NCBI GenBank assembly: GCA_016219015.1
Contig: JACRCL010000031.1
Span: 22,159 to 86,158, forward strand
Reading direction: 5' to 3'
Origin: Deltaproteobacteria bacterium
GTDB lineage: Bacteria; Desulfobacterota; GWC2-55-46
DNA length: 64,000 nt
Shown here: positions 18,001 to 25,854 of the stretch, piece by piece
Layout of the letters: every line of letters starts with the position of its first letter
Position numbering within the stretch: the first letter of the stretch is position 1
Notes under the pieces: generated by a model
What the model was told of the DNA's origin: nothing
Databases searched by the model: none
Seen by the model: the letters and a program-made list of their open reading frames with translations, nothing else
Program-made: the position numbers and the translations under genes

Positions 18001-18250
18001 AAATAAAAAAACCCCGCCTTCGTATGAAGGTAGGGCTCCCCAAAAAATATACCAGCCCTCACCTTCTTTACCTTCGAAGAGCCTCGTGAGGATTATCCGG
18101 GCAGGTATCCTGACTTACGGCTTCGTCCTAATCTCCGCGCCTTCCCGGCTTGAGGCCAGTGGCGGTTTGCGGATTTCGTAGCCGATTACAGTGGCGGGTC
18201 CGTTCCCGAATCTCTGCTCAAGCAGACCACGGGATTCCCTTTTAGCCCCT
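18001..18250 (-). promoter_or_regulatory. cobalamin (AdoCbl) riboswitch with terminator-type expression platform, heading the cbi operon
   Basis: The minus strand reads AAAAGGGAATCCCGTGG...GACCCGCCACTGTAA...GCCACTGGCCTCAAGCCGGGAAGGCG. This matches the B12-box and conserved GGGAA/GCCACTG core. A hairpin plus T7 run follows at about 18001-18040. Confidence 0.8.
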
Positions 18251-18357
18251 TGGCGGGCCACCCGGACAAGCTGTTAAATGATTACATTTCAGTGCAGGCA
18301 AGTCAATACAAATCAAAATGGCGGGACCCCCGGTCCCGCCATCTAATAGCATATATG

Positions 18358-18465
18358 GGTATGCCGGCCTTGACCCGCCGCTTTAGCGGCGGGTCAAGGC
18401 CGGCAAATAAAAATGATTTTCCATACCATCAAATTCTCCGTCATTTATAGCGGAGAATTTTCATC
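18358..18465 (+). repeat. interspersed repeat family B copy 1 (contains an 18-bp perfect hairpin CCGGCCTTGACCCGCCGC/GCGGCGGGTCAAGGCCGG and a terminator-like stem-TTTTCAT)
   Basis: Shares about 110 nt with 23452-23563 (GGGTATGCC...CAAGGCCGGCAAATAAAAATGA..TTCC.TACCATCAAA.TTCTCCG.CATTTAT.GCGGAGAATTTTCAT). Confidence 0.8.
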
Positions 18466-18478
18466 AACCCCGTCTTTT

Positions 18479-19387
18479 CTACGCCCCCTTTGCCCCATTC
18501 TCCACGGCCATTCCGGGCCTTTCCATCTCAAGCAGGACCTTGCCCTGCCTGAATATCCTTATTATGCCGGTCGACCCGGAGATGGTCACGGCTATGGCGT
18601 CGGTCACGTCGGTTATCCCCGCCGCGGCCATGTGCCTGCACCCGAGCCCGGGCATGTGCCCCTCTTCCTCCAGCGCCGCGTCGAGGTGGACCCCGGCGGC
18701 CATCACTATGCCGTCCTCCCTTATCAGGAAGGCGCCGTCGAGGAGGGCGAACTCCTTAATCGTTTCGTGCACCGCCTCGTCGAGGATGTTACGCGTCTCT
18801 TCGGGGTACCCCTTGAAGGGGTTCATTATGAGGGGCCGGGAGAGCTTCGATACCTTTTCGTTGTCCCCTATGACGAAGGTCGTGCCCACGGCCCTGCCTT
18901 CCCTGCCCTCGCTCGACAGGCCCAGCGCTATGGAAAGTACCGCCTCTATCACCGCAGGCTTTACCTTCTTAAGGAGGTCCCTGGAGATGCCCATTGTGGT
19001 GAAGACCTCGGTCTCGCTCTTCAGGTCAAGGACCATGATGGTGTCGAGCGAGCCGCTCGACGGCACGCCCGTAAGGCAGACGACCTTATCCGAGCTGTCT
19101 ATGACCCCCTCGGTTATGCACATGATGGTGGCGAGCTTTATCTGGGCGAGCCTTGAGAGCCTCACCATCGGGAGCCTTACCACGGCCTTCACGTCTTTCC
19201 TGTAAGGCTCGAGCGCCTTTTCGGTCTCGGCCTTCTGGGTAACGAGGATGAGCCTTTTCCCGCTCCGCGAGCCTTTCCAGAACCTCCAGTCGTCCACCGC
19301 GTCGAGGAATACGACGAGCGCGGAGGCCTTGACGTCCCTCAAGACCCCGAGCGCGCTGCCCATCATCGACCTGCTAAGCTCCGGCAT
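18479..19387 (-). CDS. diadenylate cyclase (c-di-AMP synthase), DacZ-type with N-terminal pyruvate-kinase-C-like domain
   Basis: The C-terminal DAC domain carries the DGA and RHxAA motifs (LDGAFLIREDG, LGCRHMAAAGITDVTDAIAVTISGSTGIIRIF). Confidence 0.7.
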   Translation of the reverse strand: MPELSRSMMGSALGVLRDVKASALVVFLDAVDDWRFWKGSRSGKRLILVTQKAETEKALEPYRKDVKAVVRLPMVRLSRLAQIKLATIMCITEGVIDSSDKVVCLTGVPSSGSLDTIMVLDLKSETEVFTTMGISRDLLKKVKPAVIEAVLSIALGLSSEGREGRAVGTTFVIGDNEKVSKLSRPLIMNPFKGYPEETRNILDEAVHETIKEFALLDGAFLIREDGIVMAAGVHLDAALEEEGHMPGLGCRHMAAAGITDVTDAIAVTISGSTGIIRIFRQGKVLLEMERPGMAVENGAKGA

Positions 19388-20147
19388 CTTCCCCGCCTCC
19401 CCTATTCTCTATCTGGGTGAATATGCCGCGGAGCATGTTTATCTCCTTCTGCATCAACCCGGTCCTGCCGAAGAGCCTTTTAAAGCTCCTCAATATCGTC
19501 TCGATCAGGTGCTCTCCCCCCTGCTCCCCGTAGCCCAAAGAGCGGAGCGCGGCCTCCATGTGGACGTACATCCTTTCAAGCTCGTCCCTCGGCGCCGCCT
19601 TCACCACGTTTGCCGCGGGGTTCTCGGCCATGAAGAGCGCGTGGCAGACGATGAATACCGCGTGGGATAGGTTCAGGGAGGGGTACTCCGGCGAGGTCGG
19701 CACCTCCACGAGCATGTCGCAGACGGGGACCTCGTCGTTCTCGAGCCCCCTGTCCTCCCTGCCGAAAAGTATGAATACCTTGTTGGTGGACGCAAGCTCC
19801 AGTATCTTCGGGACCGATTCGGCGAGGGTGGCTACAGGGTACCTTATCCTGCCCTTTCTCCTCGTCGTGCCGACAACGGCCCCGGCATTTTTAACGCAGT
19901 CGCCGAGGGTCTCGTAGACCACGGCGTCCCTCAAGACCTTGTCCGCCTTGCAGGCCATCGAGTACGAATCATTATTCAGGTAATCGCAGGGGTTTACGAG
20001 GACAAGGCTGGAAAAGCCGGTATTCCTCATCGCGCGCGCCACGCTCCCGACGTTCCCGGGGCTCTGCGGCTCGACCAGCGCTATGGAGATGTTACGCGCC
20101 TTTTCATCGCGGGGCTTTGACGGCTTTTTGACTCTTACGCGGCCCAA
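19374..20147 (-). CDS. SpoU/TrmH-family RNA 2'-O-methyltransferase (TrmJ-like)
   Basis: SPOUT fold motifs (ALVEPQSPGNVGSVARAMRNTGF, LFGREDRGL, LNLSHAVFIVCHAL). Confidence 0.7.
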   Translation of the reverse strand: MGRVRVKKPSKPRDEKARNISIALVEPQSPGNVGSVARAMRNTGFSSLVLVNPCDYLNNDSYSMACKADKVLRDAVVYETLGDCVKNAGAVVGTTRRKGRIRYPVATLAESVPKILELASTNKVFILFGREDRGLENDEVPVCDMLVEVPTSPEYPSLNLSHAVFIVCHALFMAENPAANVVKAAPRDELERMYVHMEAALRSLGYGEQGGEHLIETILRSFKRLFGRTGLMQKEINMLRGIFTQIENRGGGEDAGA

Positions 20148-20192
20148 ATCGGACTCTCCTTATTTTTACAGTATAACAAAAGAGAGTTAGAC

Positions 20193-20220
20193 TTGGAACA
20201 GCTTAAATCGCTGATATAAT
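20193..20220 (+). promoter_or_regulatory. putative sigma70 promoter of cobO (TTGGAA-N16-TATAAT). The -10 ends 6 nt before the ATG, with no SD, so the mRNA may be leaderless.
   Basis: acTTGGAAcagcttaaatcgctgaTATAATttaagaATGG. Confidence 0.4.
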
Positions 20221-20226
20221 TTAAGA

Positions 20227-20790
20227 ATGGAGACTGAAGTAAAACACCTCGAACCCGTAAAAAAGACCGGGCTTACTGTCGTCATAACCGGCAACGGTAA
20301 AGGGAAGACCACGTCCGCGCTCGGCATCGCTCTAAGGGCCGTGGGCCACGGCATGAAGGTATGCTTCATACAGTTCATGAAGGGGGACATCCACTCCGGC
20401 GAGCTCGACTCGATAAAGAGGCTCGCCCCCGAGGCCGAGATGCACGTCATGGGCAAGGGCTTCTGCGGCATAATGGGCGACCCGTACAAATTCAGCGAGC
20501 ACAGGGAGGACGCGCAGAAGGCGATAGCCCTTGCGAAGGAGAAGATAACATCGGGCGCATACGGCGTGGTCATCCTCGACGAGATAAACAACTCCCTGAA
20601 GTTGAAGCTCGTTGACCTCCCGCAGGTCCTCGACCTCATCGACGGCAAGCCGCCACTCCTGCACCTCGTCCTCACGGGCAGGGACGCGCACCCCGAGGTA
20701 AAGAAAAGGGCCGATACGGTATCCGAGATAGTCGAGATCAAGCACGCCTTCCAGCAGGGCATTGAGCCGCAGAAGGGGATAGACTACTGA
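20227..20790 (+). CDS. cobO: cob(I)yrinic acid a,c-diamide adenosyltransferase
   Basis: P-loop GNGKGKTTSALG. Full CobA/CobO/BtuR family length. Confidence 0.85.
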   Translation: METEVKHLEPVKKTGLTVVITGNGKGKTTSALGIALRAVGHGMKVCFIQFMKGDIHSGELDSIKRLAPEAEMHVMGKGFCGIMGDPYKFSEHREDAQKAIALAKEKITSGAYGVVILDEINNSLKLKLVDLPQVLDLIDGKPPLLHLVLTGRDAHPEVKKRADTVSEIVEIKHAFQQGIEPQKGIDY

Positions 20791-20795
20791 GCAGG

Positions 20796-20843
20796 CTTCA
20801 AATAAGTCCGTCTGCTTCGTTGGCATCGTCTTGTCATAACGTA
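20796..20843 (+). repeat. short interspersed repeat, family E copy 2
   Basis: CTTCAAATAagTCCgtCtGCTTCGTTGGCaTC...GTCATAACGTA. Homologous to 16695-16744. Confidence 0.7.
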
Positions 20844-20941
20844 AGGTGAGTACGTCTCATTCCTAAGCTCCTTGCCGCCTCGCATCCGGGGCTTTTTGAG
20901 CAGCCTGAACACGCACAGCGCACTGAAGAGAACAAAATAAA

Positions 20942-20972
20942 AGGGGGGAGGCTTTTTAAGCCTCCCCCCTTT
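20942..20972. terminator. bidirectional intrinsic terminator between convergent cobO and the sigma factor gene
   Basis: GGGGGGAGGCtttttaaGCCTCCCCCC. It is flanked by an A-run upstream and a T-run downstream. Confidence 0.75.
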
Positions 20973-20998
20973 TATAGCGGGATATTTTTCATCAGCCC

Positions 20999-21973
20999 CT
21001 ACACTATGTCCGTGAACTCAAGCTCGCTCTCCTCGACCAGCCTTTTAAGCTTCGCGAGCGCCTTTGCCTCTATCTGCCTTACCCTCTCCCTCGTTATGCC
21101 GAACCTTTTCCCCACCGTCTCAAGGGTCTGGGGCTCGCCGTCGTCGAGCCCGAACCTGAGCCTTATTATCGTCCTCTCGTTCTCCTCAAGGTGCTCGATC
21201 CATGCGTTTATGAGCGCCCCCCTTATTTCGGAGTCCGCGTGGTCCATGGGCGAGGGGACCTTCTCGTCCTCGAGCACGTCCATGAGGGACTGCTCGCTAT
21301 CGTCCGAAATGGTCGCCTCCAGCGAGTAGCTCTTCTTGTTTATGGTATGGAGCTTTTTCACGTACCTGCCCGAAAGCCCGGATTTTTCCGCCAGTTCCCT
21401 CACGTCGGGCTCGCGGCTCAATTCCGCCGTAAGCTCCCTTTCGGCCCTGGAGAGCTTCGATAAGTCCGTGGTTATGTGTATCGGCAGCCGTATGGTATTC
21501 GCCTGGTTGGCTATCGCCCTGTCTATCGCCTGCTTTATCCAGTAAGTCGCGTATGTGGAGAACTTGCAGCCCTTCGCCGTTTTGAACCTCTCGACGGATT
21601 TTATGAGCCCGATGTTGCCCTCCTCGATGAGGTCCTGCAGCGGCAGGCCCCTGTTCACGTACCTCTTGGCGATATTGATGACGAGGCGGAGGTTGGACTC
21701 TATCATTTTTCTCCGGGCCTCGTTATCGCCTTTCGATATCCTCCTGGCCAAGACCCTTTCCTCCTTGTAGTCGAGGAGCGATATCTTCTTTATGCTGTTG
21801 AAGTAGATGTTTATCGAGTCGGCGGCGAAGGCTTCGCTCTTTTTTTCCTTATGGAGCGGCTTGTCCCCGTGGTCCCCGAAAGAGGCCCTCGCGGCCTCTT
21901 TTGCCGCCTCCGGGGCCCTCCATTGCGTCCCGGGCATCTTGCCCGCTTTATGATGAAGACCGCTGTGAAGCAT
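20999..21973 (-). CDS. RNA polymerase sigma factor, sigma-70 family (group 2, RpoS/RpoD-like; regions 2, 3 and 4 present)
   Basis: Region 2 LRLVINIAKRYVNRGLPLQDLIEEGNIGLIKSVERF...TYATYWIKQAI. Region 4 TLETVGKRFGITRERVRQIEAKALAKLK. The true start may be internal. Confidence 0.8.
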   Translation of the reverse strand: MLHSGLHHKAGKMPGTQWRAPEAAKEAARASFGDHGDKPLHKEKKSEAFAADSINIYFNSIKKISLLDYKEERVLARRISKGDNEARRKMIESNLRLVINIAKRYVNRGLPLQDLIEEGNIGLIKSVERFKTAKGCKFSTYATYWIKQAIDRAIANQANTIRLPIHITTDLSKLSRAERELTAELSREPDVRELAEKSGLSGRYVKKLHTINKKSYSLEATISDDSEQSLMDVLEDEKVPSPMDHADSEIRGALINAWIEHLEENERTIIRLRFGLDDGEPQTLETVGKRFGITRERVRQIEAKALAKLKRLVEESELEFTDIV

Positions 21974-21996
21974 CTTGGTTGCCTCCCTTCAGATCC

Positions 21997-22593
21997 TTAA
22001 AAGTGCGCCTGGGCGTACTCCTCCAAACCGGCCTTGTCAGGCTTCATGCCCTCTTCCCCCTTCTGCCAGTTGACCGGGCAGACCTCGCCGTACTTTTCGT
22101 TGAACTGTATCGCGTCGAGCACCCTCAAGACCTCGTCCACGTTCCTGCCAAGCGGGAGGTCGTTGATGGTGATGTGGCGGAGCTTGCCTTCCCTGTCGAT
22201 TATGAAAAGCCCGCGTAGCGCTATCCCCGGCTTTTCAACGAGCACGCCGTACTTCCTGCTTATGGATTTATCGAGGTCCGACACGAGCGGGTAGTTCACC
22301 TCCCCGATGCCGCCCTGCTTCCTCGGGGTGTTCCTCCATGCCATGTGGGAGAAGTGGCTGTCCACGGAGACGCCGATGACCTGCGCGTTCCTCACCTCGA
22401 ACTCCTCAACCCTGTCGCTCAAGGCTATTATCTCGGTCGGGCAGACGAACGTGAAATCGAGCGGATAGAAGAAGAGCACAACGTATTTTCCCCTGTAATC
22501 GGAGAGCTTTATTTCACTGACCGTCCCGTCCCCGGCAACCGCCTGCGCCCTGAAGTCCGGCGCCTCGTTCTGTACAGTAGCGATATCCTGCAT
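21997..22593 (-). CDS. ahpC: 2-Cys peroxiredoxin (AhpC/Tsa family)
   Basis: FTFVCPTEI peroxidatic Cys motif and resolving Cys near the C-terminus (EVCPVNW). Start MQDIATV at 22593 has an AAGGAGG RBS. The ORF-track start 22635 is likely an extension. Confidence 0.85.
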   Translation of the reverse strand: MQDIATVQNEAPDFRAQAVAGDGTVSEIKLSDYRGKYVVLFFYPLDFTFVCPTEIIALSDRVEEFEVRNAQVIGVSVDSHFSHMAWRNTPRKQGGIGEVNYPLVSDLDKSISRKYGVLVEKPGIALRGLFIIDREGKLRHITINDLPLGRNVDEVLRVLDAIQFNEKYGEVCPVNWQKGEEGMKPDKAGLEEYAQAHF

Positions 22594-22609
22594 TGCATTT
22601 CCTCCTTTT

Positions 22610-23026
22610 TCATTCCCTGCAGTTCTTGCAGACACCGTAGAAGTCCACGTGGTTTCCTGTCACCGTGTATTCCTTCGTTATATTTTCAGGAAGCCCCAGC
22701 CTCAAGGCCTCCGAGTAGTCGACGAAGATGTCCCCCAGCTTCTTGCACTTCGAGCAGATTATGTGGTGGTGCGGCGTAGGGTTTGGGTCGAAGTGCTTCC
22801 TTTCGGGGTCTATGGTAATCTCGAGTATCTCTCCCCTTTCCCTCAGGGCCTCGACGGTGTTATATACCGTGGCAAAAGAGACGGTAGGGTACTTCTTCTT
22901 GATCTCCACATAGATATCCTCTGCCGTGGGGTGATTGGTGTTGCCCTCAAGGAATTTCAGTATCGCCAGCCTCTGGGGCGTGAGCTTGAAGCCTTTTCCT
23001 TTGTATTTCTTAATTATCTGTTCCAT
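22610..23026 (-). CDS. perR: Fur-family transcriptional regulator, PerR-like (peroxide sensor; adjacent to ahpC)
   Basis: Fur-family DNA-binding helix ([14 protein letters not shown]). Metal sites HHHIIC ... CKKLGD ... CKNC. Start MEQIIKK (23026) has an AAGGAGA RBS. Confidence 0.75.
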   Translation of the reverse strand: MEQIIKKYKGKGFKLTPQRLAILKFLEGNTNHPTAEDIYVEIKKKYPTVSFATVYNTVEALRERGEILEITIDPERKHFDPNPTPHHHIICSKCKKLGDIFVDYSEALRLGLPENITKEYTVTGNHVDFYGVCKNCRE

Positions 23027-23029
23027 CCC

Positions 23030-23330
23030 GTCTCCTTTTGATGATATCCTTAGTTGTTTGTAAATAATATGTACAATTTGGAACAATTCTATCTTAATAC
23101 GTGCTTTCTAACTTTAGAATAATTCTATTATAGAACATATTCCTATTTTGTCAAGTGATATCCATCATACTTCGCAAAAAAATATCTAACGCATTTAACT
23201 ATTTGATTTTGTTGATTATTTTATAAAAGGGAGGGCTCTTTTGAGGTGAATAAACAAGAACGGTTGTAATATAGTGCTTTTAATGCACAATAGAAAAGAA
23301 GCACCTTGCCTGCAACCCGTAATTAACCCG
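23030..23330 (-). promoter_or_regulatory. AT-rich perR-ahpC control region with Fur/PerR-box-like 7-1-7 inverted repeats
   Basis: Locally about 30% GC. TTAGAATaATTCTAt and neighbouring TAGAACAtATTCCTA/GGAACAATTCT half-sites resemble the PerR box consensus TTATAATnATTATAA. Confidence 0.4.
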
Positions 23331-23336
23331 TATAAT

Positions 23337-23450
23337 TGAACACGCACAGCGAGCGCATTCCCCGCTGCTTGCGGCGGGGTTTAGCGAGCGAATCGAAATT
23401 TTTTCCTTTTGTGTCGAAGATTCCCCGCAGCTTGCTGCGGGGAGATTCAA
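23337..23450 (+). repeat. family C two-hairpin element copy 1 (sense orientation, 207 nt upstream of the CopD/HemJ-like gene)
   Basis: TGAACACGCACAGCGAGCGCATTCCCCGCTGCTTGCGGCGGGGTTTAGCGAGCGAATCGAAATTTTTTCCTTTTGTGTCGAAGATTCCCCGCAGCTTGCTGCGGGGAGATTCA. It is the exact reverse complement of 24698-24810. Confidence 0.9.
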
Positions 23451-23451
23451 T

Positions 23452-23563
23452 GGGTATGCCAGCCGCAATCCCGTCGCTTTAGCGCCCAAGTCAAGGCCGG
23501 CAAATAAAAATGACCTTCCGTACCATCAAAATTCTCCGCCATTTATGCGGAGAATTTTCATTA
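23452..23563 (+). repeat. interspersed repeat family B copy 2
   Basis: Homologous to 18358-18465. Ends in TTCTCCGCcatttatGCGGAGAATTTTCAT (stem plus T-run). Confidence 0.8.
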
Positions 23564-23656
23564 TTGATTTCCGTCATTTTAAAGGTAAGATTTTCATGTG
23601 ATATTCTATAAGTTCAAACGCCTGAAAAAGACTTCCGAAAATACAGGAGGGAACGG

Positions 23657-24151
23657 ATGTTATTCTATTTGATGCACATAGTGCATCTTCTGACGGTGAT
23701 ACTCTGGATAGGGGGGCTTGCCTTCGTCACGATGATAGTGCTCCCAATGGCGATAAAGACCCCGGACGCGTTGCAGAAGGTACTGCTCTTCCAGAGGGTC
23801 GAGCACAGGTTCGCGAAGGTCGCGAGGGGCTATAACCTCGTCACAGGCGCATCGGGCATTATAATGATGCTCCTGATGGGCTGGCATAAGCTCCTCTTTA
23901 CAAGGGCCGGGATACCCCTTACCGTCATGACGCTCGTCTGGGTCTTCTGGTTCGTCATGCTCTTCGGGCTGGAGCCCTTCATAATAAAGAAGATGCTCGA
24001 CAGGATGGCCAAAGGCGGGGCGCAGATGGACATAGACGCCGTCTTTACGCGGCTGAACAGGATGCATTACTTCATGGTAGCCATCTCCCTTGCGGCCGCG
24101 GCCGCCGGGGCGCTTACAGCCCACGGCCCGTTCTCGGCCTATCTCGGCTGA
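23657..24151 (+). CDS. polytopic membrane protein, CopD/HemJ-like (DUF-type) hypothetical
   Basis: 164 aa, 4-5 TM, conserved His in TM1 (MHIVHLLTVILWIGGLAF). AGGAGGG RBS. Confidence 0.5.
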   Translation: MLFYLMHIVHLLTVILWIGGLAFVTMIVLPMAIKTPDALQKVLLFQRVEHRFAKVARGYNLVTGASGIIMMLLMGWHKLLFTRAGIPLTVMTLVWVFWFVMLFGLEPFIIKKMLDRMAKGGAQMDIDAVFTRLNRMHYFMVAISLAAAAAGALTAHGPFSAYLG

Positions 24152-24693
24152 GTCCGGGGGGTGGAGGTTTGCCGGGTGGCTTTAAGAGAGCTATTGCCCT
24201 CTACCGCGAGGAGCGCCTTTTTTATCCCGACCCCGCCGGTATAGCCGCCGAGCCCGCCGTCGCCTTTGACGACCCTGTGGCACGGCACGATTACCGGCGC
24301 CGGGTTGGCGCCGCAGGCGTTGCCCACGGCCCTTGCGCCATGCGGTTTCCCAATTTGCCCGGCTATCCAGCCATAGCTCTTAACCGAGCCCCACGGTATG
24401 GACCTGATCGCCTCCCATACCTTTTTTTGAAAAGGGGACCCTGAAAGGGCCAGGGGCAGGTCGAACTCCACGGGCCTGCCCTTGAAATACTCATCGAGCG
24501 TCTTGAACGCCTTATTGAAGAAGGCTTTGTCCTCTTGCGGCAGGGCCCCGTACCTGGCCTTTGTCCTTCTTAAAAAGCCCTTTTCATCGCCTATCGAGAC
24601 TTCCGCTATCTTCCCGTCTATAGCCAAAATAAAGACCCTGCCTATGGGGGCGCGGTAGCAGGCGAACGATATCATGCAAGTTTTTTTCTTCAT
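24139..24693 (-). CDS. ogt: methylated-DNA--protein-cysteine S-methyltransferase
   Basis: Active-site motif VPCHRVV and HTH GKPHGARAVGNACGANP. The ORF-track start 24738 (MCRRFPAACCGEIQR) translates the family-C repeat. The likely start is MKKK at 24693. Confidence 0.8.
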   Translation of the reverse strand: MKKKTCMISFACYRAPIGRVFILAIDGKIAEVSIGDEKGFLRRTKARYGALPQEDKAFFNKAFKTLDEYFKGRPVEFDLPLALSGSPFQKKVWEAIRSIPWGSVKSYGWIAGQIGKPHGARAVGNACGANPAPVIVPCHRVVKGDGGLGGYTGGVGIKKALLAVEGNSSLKATRQTSTPRTQPR

Positions 24694-24697
24694 CCTT

Positions 24698-24810
24698 TGA
24701 ATCTCCCCGCAGCAAGCTGCGGGGAATCTTCGACACAAAAGGAAAAAATTTCGATTCGCTCGCTAAACCCCGCCGCAAGCAGCGGGGAATGCGCTCGCTG
24801 TGCGTGTTCA
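24698..24810 (-). repeat. family C two-hairpin element copy 2 (sense strand is minus; abuts the ogt start)
   Basis: Identical (as reverse complement) to 23337-23450. Its 3' end, ...GGGGAGATTCAAAGG, runs into the ogt ATG. Confidence 0.9.
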
Positions 24811-24905
24811 TGATAAACCGGGAGCGCCCCGGAAGGCAAACCCTTTGTCCTTTGACTTATCTTTTTGATTCTGATATTTTGGAAAAAGCAACCCTAACCA
24901 CTGCC

Positions 24906-25412
24906 ATGAAGAAAGTAATCTACATATTAAATGACCTTGTTAAAAAAGGTATTGTCGAGAGATACGCCATCGGCGGAGCTGTGGCGGTTATTTTCTATGC
25001 GGAAACCCTGAACACCAAGGATGTTGATGTTTTTGTAACCACTCACGTAACAAGGTCGAAAACAGGTATTGTCCATCTCGGTTCCATATACGAGCACCTA
25101 AAAAAAGCCGGCTACAAGATGGAAGGCCAGTATTTTATCATTGATGGTGTTCCCGTTGACTTCATAGCCGCTTATGACGAACTTACCCTTGAGGCAGTAG
25201 ATGACGCTGTAGGTAGATTATATGATAAAATTAAAGTGAAGGTTTTCCGGCCTGAATATCTCATAGCTATAGCCTTACAGACAGGAAGGCCGCAGGATTT
25301 AAGAAAGATTGATCTGTTGACGACCGAAACTAAGCTTGACGGAAAACTTTTGAAGGATATTTTGAAGCGTCACGGCTTAATTGAAAAATGGAGAAGTTAT
25401 AACAATGGATAA
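24906..25412 (+). CDS. minimal nucleotidyltransferase-fold protein (pol-beta superfamily, hG[GS]...DxD), hypothetical; within a low-GC island
   Basis: YAIGGAVAVIFYAETLNTKDVDVFV (GG...DVD) plus the downstream acidic FIIDGVPVDF. Putative TTGACT-N17-TATTTT promoter at 24853-24881. Locally about 38% GC. Confidence 0.5.
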   Translation: MKKVIYILNDLVKKGIVERYAIGGAVAVIFYAETLNTKDVDVFVTTHVTRSKTGIVHLGSIYEHLKKAGYKMEGQYFIIDGVPVDFIAAYDELTLEAVDDAVGRLYDKIKVKVFRPEYLIAIALQTGRPQDLRKIDLLTTETKLDGKLLKDILKRHGLIEKWRSYNNG

Positions 25413-25599
25413 GGAAAGATATTTCAAAGAAGCTAAAAAATTTAATGCGAAGGTTTTTGCGTCAAAAGAAAAGATGCGAAAGACCTGGGCAAAAAAGGCT
25501 GTAAAGGAAAAAATCAAGGAACTTGTGAAACTCCATGAGATGACTGCGGCTCTACATCCAGAATTGAGGAAAATTATCCCTTGGAGATTAAAAAAGTAA
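25405..25599 (+). CDS. small lysine-rich protein, translationally coupled to the nucleotidyltransferase-fold gene (ATGGATAA overlap)
   Basis: 64 aa, MDKERYFKEAKKFNAKVFASKEKMRKTWAKKAVKEKIKELVKLHEMTAALHPELRKIIPWRLKK. Its start codon overlaps the upstream stop. No HEPN Rx4-6H motif. Confidence 0.4.
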   Translation: MDKERYFKEAKKFNAKVFASKEKMRKTWAKKAVKEKIKELVKLHEMTAALHPELRKIIPWRLKK

Positions 25600-25815
25600 A
25601 TTTACATGAGTTATTCGTCGTAGAACTTGATGAACTTTATTGAGGGAATATTACAATCAGAAAACCAAGTTAGAATGTTTAGGTTTTGGTAAAAAGTTTA
25701 AACAAAATAAGGGGTGATGAAAATATGCCGTCTGAAATCTCAGGGTTGGCTGTAGAATTGTTAGAAGCAGAAGGTTTCACAATTCACGTGCGGCATAATC
25801 CTGCAAAATATCAAA

Positions 25816-25854
25816 AGAGATAGAAACCCTGTAAGGTTTATCTCTTTATTTTTT
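25816..25854 (+). terminator. intrinsic terminator at the end of the low-GC island
   Basis: AGAGATAGAAACCctgtaaGGTTTATCTCT followed by TTATTTTTT. Confidence 0.7.

Noticed and set aside
17993-18450. Two small plus-strand ORFs (62 and 66 aa) between cbiXC and the diadenylate cyclase gene
   Set aside because: They lie on the strand opposite a well-matching cobalamin riboswitch and inside repeat family B. There is no RBS and no coding signature.
23337-23370. Sigma-54 promoter (TGGCACG-N4-TTGC) within the family-C element (TGAACACGCACAGCGAGCGCATTCC...CTGCTTGC)
   Set aside because: It lacks the invariant GG at -24 and has the wrong GG-to-GC spacing. It is a superficial resemblance only.
24694-24738. 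N-terminal extensions MCRRFPAACCGEIQR, MCRRFPFKGGL and MNTHGGRISRCKQRGLASESK on ogt, DJ-1 and PEBP in the ORF track
   Set aside because: These are translations of the family-C repeat element. Proper RBS-preceded starts (MKKK, MKKVLVP, MLKISIA) lie just downstream.
25726-25824. 32-codon ORF MPSEISGLAVELLEAEGFTIHVRHNPAKYQKR with RBS inside the low-GC island
   Set aside because: It is too short and unconserved to be called a gene from sequence alone. It is mentioned within the island finding rather than as a feature.
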